From contig NW_024704742.1 of assembly GCF_018977255.1 (NCBI RefSeq), positions 94,800,001 to 94,864,000 on the forward strand: a stretch of 64,000 nt of DNA. The letters run 5' to 3'. The notes under the pieces are model-generated. The model did no database searches and was not told the DNA's origin. It saw only the letters and a list, made by a program, of their open reading frames with translations. The stretch comes from Callorhinchus milii (lineage: Eukaryota). Shown piece after piece: positions 24,886 to 37,249 of this stretch (its first letter is position 1; every line of letters starts with the position of its first letter). A program made the position numbers and the translations under genes.

Positions 24886-26689
24886 AACCTAACAAACTTT
24901 GCAGAAACTAAAAATTGGGGACTACAATTCCATTTAATTTTGGTATTAAATGGAATTGTAATTTCCAGTTAAATTATGATTAACTTTCTTCAAAGTACCT
25001 TGGAGAAGGTCAAGTAATATTTATTACATCTGTATAATCATTCAGGTCTGAATCTCCCTCCTCATAATAGATTTAACCCCACTGGATAAAACTGAATCAC
25101 AATCAGATCATCATTGCACATTTCCCTACATGCAAATGTCCCTTGTGTGAAATAATCAGCAGCTGGTGTGATGAAATATACAGTATAATGCAGCACGATC
25201 TTTCTTTTTTTTAATAAATCCTCTGAGCAACAGTGTAAGTATTAGAGGAAATATCTTAGTGAGAGACAAATGAAGGGACAGATTTCTCCTTGAATTTAGC
25301 AAAAGACTAAATTGATTTTTTTTTAAAAAAGCACCACAAACAAGACTGTGGCTAAGTTGCCGAGTTCAGACTGGTCTTTTAAGGGGATAGGATTGAATCT
25401 GTCAGATTGTACGTTGATTTCTGTGAGTTTAATTGTAACTCTCAAAGTGGGTTAGAGATTGGATGGTTGTGCAGGTTGCGGTTTGTAAGCTGCAGGTTTG
25501 TGGTTCAGTCATTGTTGGTGCCAAATGGGTTCAAAACCTGTTGGTAATAAATATTATAAGGATTTACACAAGCTATGAATACAGCTCTCATAAAGAACCC
25601 TTATGGGAATTTCATCATAGGTCAAACATTTTTCAAAAAGAAATAGATTTGTAATAGTTACAACTATATGTTACAAAGTACAGCACATTCTCCAACATAC
25701 AGTATTTAGTCCTTTGAACATGCGTGTGGCAGTAAAAGCTCTGCCTCAAATTAGATTTTTTTAAAAAAAATCAAGTCTGCCTCTTCTGGCAGAATATAAC
25801 AATTCCATGGCACTATTTGATAATATGGCCAATGCCACATTTTCTGATAATCAATTGTTTAAGCTCCAGTGCATTTGATTTGTTCATGGCACCTAAATAT
25901 TTAAACCTCTCATTCATTTATTTAAAAGAAAACTAATAGCACATAGCTTGTGTCTTAGTTAAATAAATAGATGTTTCTTCAGACTTAATACAGTAAAGCA
26001 ATCTTAGAGATTGATAATGAGAATCTGCTATCGAGTCCTAATGGGATGGACAAATGCAGCACAAGTCCAATGAAATTCATCTTATGATGTTTGATGTGAG
26101 AAGAGAAGACCTGAGTAAATATAGGGTTAAGAATATAATTAAAGAGGATTAGGATAGGTGTAGAAGCAGCTGATCAAATACCTGTGCATTTCCAGGACCA
26201 CAAAATTACATCTATGAATTACAACATTTCCCCACCGAATGATTCAGGTTGTAATATTAGATTGATATTCTAGGGTTTGGTTATACTGGACTTTAGTTTG
26301 CAGGATGGGTTAAAAACCATGTATAAAAATTCCAGGTCAGGTTAACCAATGCATTTCATACATAGTGACTGTACTGTTGTGCAAATGCTGCAAAATAATT
26401 TCTGCACAGTAAGTACCATAAATGAATATGAAGTGAATGCTGAATTGCGTTCAGAATTGTTGTCCAGAACCCTCTCAAGAAATTCCCTTCAGGTTGACAT
26501 GAACTTGCTTTTTTTCCTAAAAGAAATCTCATTCAAAGCACAGTGCTCCTGGCAAAGCAGCATTTTCCCTAGATGCACTGGTGTACCACTCTGGACTGTC
26601 AAAGACCCAACATGTGACTTGAACCCTCAATCTTATTTCACAACAGTAAGACTGCTACCAACTAATATTTTGGGATACAATAATTTAGT

Positions 26690-26786
26690 TTGAGACACGA
26701 CATGTCAAGCGATGACCAGGATGGTGGAAGACAAACTGGATGGACCTTGGTCTTCTTGCACCTTGCAAATTCTTATGTTCTTATGT
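26690..26786 (+). mobile_element. CR1-type 3' tail
   Basis: CTGGATGGACCTTGGTCTT..TTCTTATGTTCTTATGT, the same tail as 28812-29040. Confidence 0.7.
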
Positions 26787-26804
26787 AACGGAGTCAGGTT
26801 GAAT

Positions 26805-27047
26805 TAATAATAATAATAATATCCTTGCATTTGATATAGCGCTTTTCACGTCAGGAGGACGTCCCAAAGCGCTTCACAGAACACACTGTAAAGTGAATTG
26901 ACTGTATATTTGAGGGCGAATGCGGCAGCCAATTGCGCACACCAGTCGTAGATTGAAAATGATCAATTTAATTATTGTTTTGGGTTTTTGGAGGGATTAT
27001 TATTAGGCGTGTGGAGTAAGGAAACTTGCCCAAGGTTTTGCCTTGCT
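26805..27047 (-). mobile_element. tRNA-derived SINE lacking its head
   Basis: Very close match to 62760-63015. Confidence 0.92.
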
Positions 27048-27114
27048 TACTCAAAATCCTCATCATTGGTTAACTGCATGATTAAGGGAACCTGCAATTC
27101 TCCCTGTACATGGG

Positions 27115-27280
27115 AGTATGCACGTGGGTTGTTAATGCAACCTACAAATTAGACTTCATTTATTGTCTCATCTGAAGCATGGCATCGCCAACAATACATT
27201 GGAGTTTCAGCCTAGATTATGTGAGCTCAAACCTTCTGACTCAGAGGTGAGAGTGCTACCAATTGAGCCAGACTGACACC
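27115..27280 (-). mobile_element. Deu-domain SINE head
   Basis: GTGTCAGTCTGGCTCAATTGGTAGCACTCTCACCTCTGAGTCAGAAGG on minus. Confidence 0.75.
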
Positions 27281-28074
27281 TGCTATATTTTTGTATATTA
27301 TCTGTGAAAGCAATGATCTAACAGTGGGGAGAATGAACTAACATTCTCCTATCTCATTCCATACTTTCCGATGGAGCGTTGTGGATCCAAAAAATCAAGA
27401 GAAAGTGTATTAGAAACATCACTGGTAACACTCCTGCAGGAAGGAGCTGTACAAATAACACAAATCCGATGGATTAAAGAAGGTGAACATTCAAAAGGGC
27501 TTCTGTTTTCCCACTATTGGTGGCTTGCTCATTGTGCTCTCGTCATAACTTTTCTTGCTTGCAATGATTCATTGTTCCGATAATTTACACTATGAGAACA
27601 TTAGTGAATCACTGCAAGTGAAAAATCAGACAACAGCAACTGTAAGCCACCATTGATGAGAAACCAATGGACCAGGAAAATCAGGATAAAACTGTCAAGA
27701 AGCGATGAGAGGATCAAAGTTAAGGACAAATCTTGAGATTTGTCTTGGGATGACAAGGGAATGGCTGTGAGAGCCTTGGGACAGAAGCTATCAGCAGGGG
27801 AGCAGTAACAATAAATGGATTGGGAAAACTCAAATAAATCACAAAACTAATGGTGTAAAAAGCAATTATATTACCATAAATGATAAAGTGTTGCCCTGAA
27901 ATCTTAAACTGTTTTTTTCTCTTTCAATCACAGAGAGACTGACTGTGGGTTGTCAGCATTTTTTGTTGTTTTTCTCCCAATTTTTAAAAATCTTCAAAAT
28001 GTTTTCATTTTGTTTTCTTCTTCTATTGATTAACTTCCCCCCTTTTTTTTAAAAAAAGTGTTCCCAATTAATTG

Positions 28075-28470
28075 TTTAATATTCTCCCCACAGTTAGCTG
28101 ATCTCCTCTTGCTGGGGTATGTTTCCACAGATGCTGGTTGCCCTCCAAGGCCATGTTCCAGTGTGAGTGTTGGTGGGAAACTGGACTGCAGGGGGCGTCA
28201 CAGCCCAGCCTGACGTCTCCCCACCCAAATACCCCTACAAGTAGTCAGCAGACCAGAAGCAGGAACCCTGGGTGGCTTTCCCTTCCGTAACCCTGGGAAA
28301 GCTGGGGTCAATTTTGCCTCCCATGCAACAGTAAACCCACTCTGTTTCCATAGAATTCTTGGCACAGAGTAAACTCAGTAAATTCCAGTAAACTCAGCAT
28401 AGAGTGGGATTTGAACCGCAAACTATTGATCTATAAGATCCAGCTCTATCCTCTGCACCAATGGTGGCCA
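28075..28470 (-). mobile_element. Ancient SINE (AmnSINE2-like)
   Basis: B box GGTTCAAATCC, CCAGGGTTCCTGCTTCTG, GTGGAAACATACCCCAGCAAG; 3' part resembles 62020-62110. Confidence 0.5.
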
Positions 28471-28594
28471 ATCTTTTTGGTCAGCCAACAAAATACATTT
28501 TCTTGATTGAATATTTCTTTATTGATGCTGTAAATCAAGAAATATTCAATCAAGGAAAGCCTGGAAATACACTAGCGATCTAACACGGACTTAC

Positions 28595-28767
28595 ATAGAC
28601 TCATGTGAATGTTCAGACGGGGAGGGGGTCGCCTCTTCTTCGCTGGAACAGGCCTTTGGCGGGCATTGCATTACAACCTTGGAGCTTTCCTGGTTTTCCC
28701 TTCTTAAATTTAGGCTTTCACTTGAGGCATTGAGGCAAGTTGTAGAACTAGAATCAGAGGAAATGGC
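28595..28767 (-). CDS. 173-nt internal exon of unidentified host gene (AISSDSSSTTCLN...SSEEEATPSPSEHSHES)
   Basis: Acceptor tttactcaccttcaatcacAG|G, donor AT|GTAAGT; only one open frame; phase 0 in, phase 2 out. Confidence 0.72.
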
Positions 28768-28811
28768 CTGTGATTGAAGGTGAGTAAATCCAAAACAAAT
28801 CTGCGGAAACA

Positions 28812-29040
28812 CTATTTCTGTGAGTGAGTAGTAAATGTATGGAACAGGCTCCCTAGGGAGATGGTGGAAGCACGAAGTGTTGATTCTTTCAGAAGCAAAT
28901 TAGATAGATTTATTTTAGGAAATAGTATCTTAGGATACAGTATGTAGTTTGAAACATGACATGTGCATGCGACTGCATGATGGAGGAAGGCGCACTGGAT
29001 GGACCTTGTCTTCTTTTGTCTAGCGATTCTTATGTTCTTA
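28812..29040 (+). mobile_element. CR1 3' end
   Basis: RVVNVWNRLP-like end of ORF2, then GGATGGACCTTGTC..TTCTTATGTTCTTA. Confidence 0.8.
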
Positions 29041-29044
29041 GAGA

Positions 29045-29146
29045 TTCCTTGGCTGAGCACAGAGCAAGGAATGAACTTTGAACCTTCCTGGTCTCTATAG
29101 CTCAGCTACTCACTGCCTACCTTGCTATCATTATCCATGAGCTATC
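29045..29146 (-). mobile_element. Ancient SINE head (AmnSINE2-like)
   Basis: GATAGCTCA..GCTGAGCTATAGAGACCAGGAAGG..CTGTGCT. Confidence 0.4.
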
Positions 29147-29284
29147 ATGGAAGTCTCACATTGTCTATTTTTACGTCACACATCCAACATTCTCAGCTAT
29201 TTTTATATCTTAACTCAAAGATTCACGTCCACTTTGCATCCAGGAATACCAGCACTGAAGGAGCTCTATCCTCCTCTTTATCTT

Positions 29285-29370
29285 AGAAGTTCTGATGAAG
29301 GGGAACAAACTCAGGATGTCAAGTTATCTTTCTCTTCCAGACATTGAGTGAAATACTGGCTGTTTCCATT
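29285..29370 (+). mobile_element. Decayed Penelope-like terminus
   Basis: GTTCTGATGAAGGG..TTTCTCTTCCAGA, similar to the reverse complement of 13715-13777. Confidence 0.45.
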
Positions 29371-30322
29371 GTTATCTAGTGCTTTAGGGTCTCTGTTGCT
29401 TAAGATATCATCATGCTGATATTTATTTACTAACAGTTAGGTATAATCTACCACACTTAATAAAAGTATCCTTTTCTGAAGCTAAAATGCTACTCTCCAA
29501 GTCAGTTCTTTAATTTTATGGGCTCTTGCCATCTTGCAGACGTTAATATACTGCCATGAAAATGGATCTAATGGACATTCCATAAAGTCATCTTGTTCAG
29601 TTTTTCACTGATTCTTATTTTATGTTTAGGAAAGCTGCAAAGCACATAAAGTTCACGGGAATGACTTTACCAGCTGCAGAGAATTTCAACATCCCAAGCT
29701 GGTGAAGAGCTGGTACACATTTCATTGTGTAAATTGCATTCCTGAGAGCTGAGGACAGGTTTCTTAATGATGCAAATTTGTCTATCGCTGTCCTGGTTTA
29801 GTCATTGGGAGTCTGAATGTTCACATGCTCCTTGCTGATCTTTTCCATGCTGCAGATTTTCTTTGCGGTTTTCTTTTGCTGAAGCAAAGCTTTGATCTGT
29901 TCATTCTTTGTAAGTTAATTTTAGTTGTGGTCGTGTTTATGTGCTTTTGTTATTAATATTTCATAACTTTGGATTGTATTGGTACCCTGTAATAGAACTT
30001 AGGTTTGGAAAACACAGAAATAGTTTGCCAGTACTTTTTATTTCTTGGAGTAAAACTTCTATTAACTCAATTAAAATGACTAGTTATCAAATATCTGCCA
30101 CACACCCTATTTAAGACGACTTAACAACCTTAACAAAACTATTTATTTTATGTTTCAATTGGCATGTGTTAAATTAAAGCTGTAATATTATAATAATAGC
30201 TACTCAAATGCAAAGAATAGTTTTCTTACTATAATATTACCTTTAAACAATTGGACTGTACATAGAATAAATAGCACTTTACTTCTGTGCCCTACATTCT
30301 TTTGCTAATTTTCTCTTTTCGA

Positions 30323-30640
30323 AACCTTAGGCAAGTTCCTTACTCCACACATCTGTTTACCTAGCAGTAAATAAGAATCCAGTTGTTAGTCAATTGGTGG
30401 ATCGCTTTCTAAGGGCAATAATCTCTACTAAATAAATAAATAAATAAATGTTAATAATTTTGGTCACTCAATTCACAACTGTTTGTGGGACACTGCTGTG
30501 CGCAATTGGCTGCCACATTTCACCCACAAAATAAACAGTCAATCCACTTTATAGCATATTCTGTGATAGCTTTGAGACATCTCAACGAAGAGATAAGGCA
30601 CTATATCAAATGCATGCAAAGATTACTATTTTTATTATTT
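30323..30640 (+). mobile_element. tRNA-derived SINE, long internal variant, headless
   Basis: AACCTTAGGCAAGTTCCTTACTCCACAC, extra segment TGTTTACCTAGCAGTAAATAAG, Deu-like block, tail. Confidence 0.88.
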
Positions 30641-33289
30641 TAACTCCATACTTTGTTTTTAGCTGTTACACCTCATTCAAGCTTTTAGATTACCTTGTTC
30701 TTTTTCAAAATATAAAATATCACATTCATTTTTTTTATTGTGACGTTTAGGTTATTCCCAGCAGTGAAAAGAATTCTAGCATTCTTGTATATTACCATGT
30801 CCGTTTGATAAACATCATGTTGTTAACAACATAGCAATATGCAGGATTGATCACAAATGAACATTGCAGTCAATCTGGCCAGTTCCAAAGTAGAACAAGA
30901 TTCTACAGTTTCTCTAATAACCTTCAATTGATTCCTTTTGAAAAAAAATGTATCGCTACTTGAATTTGCTGATACAATCTGCTTCCATTGCTTCATTGGT
31001 TAGTCTAGGTCACACTTTGAAATGCACTCTTCTTCCAACTAATTTATTCTTTAGTGTTTTGGTATCTAAAACTAAACTTTGATAAAGTGATTGCATGGGC
31101 AGCCTTATTGCATAATCAGTTGTTATGAGTCCTAACTTTAGTCTGAATACTATAGTTCAGCAAGGTGTGGATAGAGGCAAGTCGATTTCAATTAAAATTG
31201 TTTCTTTTTTATGCATAACAGATATTCATGCAACTGACATCAGCTATTATTTTAAGACTTGAAATGGTAATAACATTGTGTCAAATTTAGCACTACTAAC
31301 TTATATTTCATATGCTAAACCTGCTTTGTAATTTTTAAAAATTCCAAAGTAAGCCCCAAATTAATTATTGACGAGCACAATATCAGGTTGGTCTCTGATT
31401 AATACACATAAAATAATCTAAATGTGCTTTTTACATCTCATCATTTTCAGTCAACAAGTTAAGCTTTCTTTAGTGTTTCAATACAATATCATGAACCCAA
31501 TAAATGGTTTTAATTGAGAATATTACTAAAAACATGTTCTAGACTTTTTTTTAGGATTGCCATAGATGTTAAGTCTGGCAACTAGCCTGACCTTTCCAGC
31601 GGTGCACATTTTCCAGCAGTTACAAAACCCTGGAGACCACTTTATCCATGGGGTCAGGGTCTCCACAGTTTTATCTAATTCACAAGGTCAGCAGATCGCA
31701 TCAACCATAAAATCCTCAAGTTCATTGTTCTCTTTCATTCTCACAGGGCTGTTTACCAAGATGGGTCTCCCATACCACAGCAAAACAGAGCGATAATGGA
31801 TGTTGGAGACTGAACAATGCCTTCTCAGACAAACTAGTTTCATATTAAACTTTGTTTCTGCATTAATCAATCTGAAATTAATTCATTGACTACTTGCACT
31901 GCTATGTGTCTCTGAGGTGGCTTCCCGTGGCACTATTCTATTCTCTTCTGATTGAAAAGAGCGGACTATCCTGTCAGTGCATTTCAATTAGACCTAAACA
32001 CAGGAGGTTACTGACTCTCTCTGCATATATGCACTTGAGCACACGTGGTCTGTTAGTGCATATTCTCCCATCGAGATGAGAACATGCATTGCCTGCTTAT
32101 ACTGACATACAGATTGTCCATAAATTATGTTGCCTTTGCCAATCTGATTGTGGAATTAAGTGGTGAAATCAACATGGGATAGAGATTGCAGATATCTTTT
32201 GTCCAAGCCTGATTATCAGTATCAAACCAAAAATACAATGTCTGCAAGGTACTGTATCTTTTGTTCCATTCAAATCTTTCCAGATTGACATATTTTAATA
32301 TTAGGTTAGAAATGGAACATGGTAAAAATACCCAGTCACTACTCTTTACAGTATATCCTGTGAAGACAACCTCCTCACATGAAAGGCGTTACAACACATG
32401 CAAGGATTATTATTATGTAAATACTTTATCTTGCCTGCTTCCATTTCCAAGGGAACGGACAAGCTGTGTCAAGCAAAGTGCACTACTTTCACCACGAGAA
32501 AGGAAAGTTATTGAGCTGTTCTACATGAAGAGAAGAGATTTTCCACTCAGACTTCGGATTTATTTAGATTTTTATTTTTATGGCATTTACCTTTTTTTAC
32601 GTATTGACCAGATGTAATTTATGAGAATATGATAGGATTTGTAAGCAATTTTTTTTAACAAACTACTATTAACGATTAAAGCATATAAAAGAGACTGTAA
32701 CAAATATTACATGGATGAAAATTTACTCCATTGCTTTTGCTTAGTGCAGACCCTTATAAGCCAAGGATCACTTCACATCACTTATAAGAGAGATGGTCAG
32801 ACAAAGCATTCTATAACTTCTGCTGCCTATGAAATGCAGTGACTTACGTATAGATCTATTGATTTACCAGCAATGACTGAAATGGAGTCACAGTTGAAGA
32901 CATGGGTGCAGTATTATATGTAAGTTCATCTGTTAGTTTTTTTTGGTCAGGCGGATGTCTGACACGAGCGGAAAATCAACACCATGCTGAAGAAGATCTA
33001 AACCAAACTGAGAATTCCATGCTAGATAAATACAGAACCCAGAGAGTAGTGATATGTTTTCTACTTCTACAGGACTGAAAAATAAGATGAATGAATAAGT
33101 TTTTTTTAAACTCAGAATAAATCAGAAATAAGGAGTAAAAGCGGATAAAAATAATAATCCCACAAACTCCGGTTATTGATTGCAGAAGTACTGTGTGAGA
33201 AGAGGCAACACTTGGTGGTAATAGAATGGCACACTAAAAATGGGAGAATCTTAAATGGCTACTCTCAGCAGCAGACACAAGAGTAGTAT

Positions 33290-33520
33290 TAACAACAACA
33301 TCTTGCATTTATATAGCGCCCTTCATGTGGAGCAGCTTTTCGGAGCGCTTAACAGTGGCAGAGTCTGATCCCGAGCCGGGGGGAGGGAGGAGGTGAACCT
33401 AAACACTGTCGAGGAGGAAGGTCTTCAGTCGTGAACTAAAAGAAGGGAAGGAGGGGGCAAGGTGGAGAGATTGGGGGAAAGAGTTTCTAAGCTTCAGGGT
33501 GTTGTGGCTGAAAGAGCAAC
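33290..33520 (-). mobile_element. L2 3' fragment (divergent family)
   Basis: (AAC)n..TATATAGCGCCCTTCATGTGG..GAGCGCT; GAAGGTCTTCAG. Confidence 0.75.
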
Positions 33521-33717
33521 ACGTCTGAGAGCAAACTGTGCAGACACCTTCTCAACTCCTTGTTGTAGTGTGGCTCCTAGGAGACTAGAAAATTGTGGAG
33601 CAAAAAGAGCAAAGCTGCAGTGTCCACATAGTTGATTTGATTGCATTGTCATTGTCCAAAAATAAAGACGGGTCATTTTAATGAAATGCTGGAAAGTGAC
33701 TGGTGGACCTGGAATCA

Positions 33718-33854
33718 TTGCTGTGCACAATTGGCTGCCACGTTTCGCCCACAAAATATACAGTCAATTCACTTTACAGTATATTCTGTGAAGCGTTTTG
33801 AGACGAATCAAAGACATGATAAGGCGCTATATCAAATGCAAGGATTATTATTAT
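33718..33854 (+). mobile_element. SINE 3' half
   Basis: TGCTGTGCACAATTGGCTGCCACGTTTCGCCCAC..GGATTATTATTAT. Confidence 0.88.
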
Positions 33855-34920
33855 AAGAAGAAGAAAATAAGGAAAAACAAAAGCCTTCCAGAGAGGAAGA
33901 GAAAGGGAGAAAATTAACCGGGAAAACTTTGTCTTTTACCATAATGCTGTATACTGTGTTGATGTGTCAATTTGATATTGACAGAGCTGTAAAGTTCTTT
34001 CATTTACAATCATGACATTCCAGCAGTAATAAAGAATTTACAATGTCATATCGGCTGATGCTAGACAAAATAATGGCTCCTCAGACAAAGACACAAATTG
34101 TTAGGTTGTGCAGTGGCTACCAGCATATTTTCTTCTTCTAAGTGGTTTAAAACGTAACATATAAGCAATTACATCTGCCTGTATATCACAAGAATTGCTG
34201 CTAATTGCTTCAGATCATAACAAGTGGAGAGAAAGCAGAAGGTCGATTTATCTTCATCCTATGTCACCTGGATCCAGTGCAATTTATTTAAGGTTAGACA
34301 CATTTGCACATAGAGAAAAATGTATAACAAAAACATATTAATCATTTCAGTCAGCACCTTGGGTACTAGTGATTCAGGTATTTTACTTGATGCTATGTAA
34401 CTGCATTACAGCCTATTGTTGTACAACATGTGTCCATTGAAACTGTCTTTTAGAGGTGAAAACTCTGGATAACTTGTGAAACAAACTGTCCATATCTCTG
34501 GAGCAGTCCTCCCCATCGCCGTGTAATAGTGTTGTAAATACACAAGAACTCCATTAGGTTGGGATGCAGAAATAAGTCACATTTTATAGGATCAAAAGAG
34601 TCAACTATACAGAAAAACCACAGTACTGTGTTAGTTGCTGTGTACAGGTCACAAAGATAAGTCACCGTAATATGAAGCAGTTTATTGTAATGTATCTATA
34701 TAATACCATTTATGGTTCCACAAAAGAATCTGACCATGAGGGATACAGTTGGGAGAGTGCATGACAATCAGCCTCAGGAGTCACTGGAGGATGTGAGAGG
34801 CAGCTCAAATGGTACAATAACAGGAAACAGCTAGACACTCACCTCACTTATTATTACGTGGATTATAAGTCTTTTTTTTTGTCATCACCTTATTTTAAGC
34901 AAAATTGTTCTCTCAGCTTT

Positions 34921-35357
34921 TCCCTCCTACCTCTCTGACCTACTATCCCCCTACCTACCTGCCCGTACCCTCCGTTCCTCTGGCTCCGGTCTGCTCCACG
35001 TCCCCCGCCCCAACCGCCCTACCATCGGTGGTCGGGCCTTCAGCCTCTCAGCCCCCAGGCTCTGGAACTCCATCCCCCAGTGCCTTCGCCGCCTCCTCCC
35101 TTTCCTCCTTCAAGGCCGGTCTCAAAACCTTTCTCTTTGACCGAGACTTCAGCTCCCCTCTCGACTCTCTTCCCCCTCCTCGCTCCCTCCCTTCCCTCCC
35201 CTCACCCTGACCATTTCCCCCTCCTCGCTCCCTCCCTTCCCTCCCCTCACCCTGACCATTTCCCCCCTGCTCAGGTCCTGACCCAACTGTGCAGCGCCTT
35301 GGGACGTCCTCCTGACGTGAAAGGCGCTTTATAAATGGAATCTTGTTGTTGTTGTTA
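34921..35357 (+). mobile_element. L2 family A 3' fragment
   Basis: Close reverse-complement match to 17821-18235, including the duplicated 3' UTR unit. Confidence 0.93.
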
Positions 35358-36359
35358 TGAAAATCTGTGCGAACCAATGAGTCAAAATTCATCTCATTCA
35401 ACTTCTGCTTTCACCTAATGTGTAGTGTGTAGGCCACATATCTCACTATTATTGTGGACCTATATCCAAGTACTTCCCACTGTGAAGCCTCTAAAGCACT
35501 GCTCCCCATTGTGAAACCTCTATATTCACTGTCATTCATTATGAAACCTCTTGATCCTACTGTCACTCATGGTTTATATCCACTTTTACCTCTCGAGAAA
35601 AATGAAAAAGATTGTGAACATATTGTTTTGCTGATCACTTGTATTACTTCTGACATTACAATTGAGAGTGCAAGTACGTTGATTTATTTATTTATATCAT
35701 GTCAGATAAACATGTCGAACACTTTACAAGATAAAATTAAATAGAAATGAGGTGAAGGGTATTTTGTAGGTGCTAGCAAGAACATGCAAGACCTGCTCTG
35801 AAATTACAACAAGCTAACTTAAAGTATGAAATCACAACAAAAACTTCTCTACAGCTTAATCAAATGTCATACATAGCAGAATTCCAAAGAATTACAGATG
35901 GAAGATTGCCAAAAGTGACCAATCCATAACTGTGAGTGATTGAGTTGTGGATTGAAAGTAGTTCACCACTCGCCATGTGGTTTGTTATATGTTCAATGTA
36001 TAATAGACTTGTAATATCCTTATAGTTCTACTCTAGGACATCCATATTACACTGATGCTACATGTGAATTGTGAGTGTTTTCCCCACACAGCACAACAAT
36101 CTCTCACAGTCATTTCAATATAATTTCCACATCACTCTTCCAGCATTCTTATTTAATATGTTATTAAATAAGAAAATGACAACTTATAATAAAGAAATAC
36201 AAGGCTCTATTTAAATTTGAGGCTGCAATGGTGCCCATAGATGACTCAATTTAGTCCTATGGATTATGATGTTATCTGAACCTTCCATTTAAACTATAAT
36301 CACTGAAACTCACACATCTATTCTCTATTCACTCATCCATCAATCCATAATCCAGTGTA

Positions 36360-36483
36360 TAGAAAAATAATATCACAATAGTGTGTTACACACAGCTCAG
36401 TACATACATTAGAAAAGCAGTGTTACAATAGTATGTTACAAGTAGCTCAGTACATATTAGAAAAAAACATAATACAATATTAT
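36360..36483. repeat. ~49-bp minisatellite, ~2.5 copies
   Basis: TAGAAAA....ACAATAGT.TGTTACA...AGCTCAGTACATA repeated. Confidence 0.75.
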
Positions 36484-36540
36484 GCTCTTTTAGCGATTTT
36501 CATTCCCAACATGACAGACCTCCTGACCTGGTGACTTTAG

Positions 36541-36855
36541 AAGATCACAAGATTGGTTTAGATGAAGAAGACCCTTCAACCCAACTGATCTCATGCCTCC
36601 AGAACACCCACGCTTCTGTTCCCCGATCACAGCATCAAGCATTTTTAAATGAGTCAAGCGTCCTGTCTCAACCACCTTTTTGGCAACCTGTTCCAGGCGT
36701 TAATTACCCTTTGATTAAAGAAAAACTGTGGTATCTGTCCTGAAATTATCCTTTACAACTCTAAACCTATGTCCTCTTGTTCCAGTGGCTTAGTGCATCC
36801 TGAATTATTGTTCTGGGTTTACCTTTTTAATCCCATTTAAAATTCTTAAATACAC
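36541..36855 (-). mobile_element. CR1 3' end
   Basis: Same family as 57697-57935 (AAGATCACAAGATTG..). Confidence 0.75.
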
Positions 36856-37249
36856 TGTTTTTGTGAGTTTGACTTTCATTTGTACCCATCTGCATCTTTT
36901 TCTTTCACATCTCCATGTAAAGCGTTAAAAAGCAACATTTGTAGAATTAAATATTTTTAAAAAGAGAGGATAAAACAATAAAAGCAATGAAGTAGACACA
37001 GTGTGTAAAAATTTTTGTGGATTGTTTTATGCAACATGAAATTTTTGGAAAATTCACAGATATTTTTAAACAAATATGAAAATGGAGGAACGTTCATAAT
37101 TATTATCTACATGTCCCTTAAATTAAGATGAATGATAGAATGCTTTATTTTACATCTGTGCAGTCAGCCTTGTGAAGTAATTCAAAGCAAATTAGTGAAT
37201 TAAAATAAATGAGACATAATGATGGTCTGGCAATCAATATTAATAATAT

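Noticed and set aside
25168..25226. C/D box snoRNA (GTGATGA..CTGA)
   Set aside because: Short, weak terminal stem and no recognisable guide sequence
29670..29915. Coding-looking minus-strand stretch (NEQIKALLQQKK..)
   Set aside because: Bounded by stops, with no convincing acceptor/donor pair
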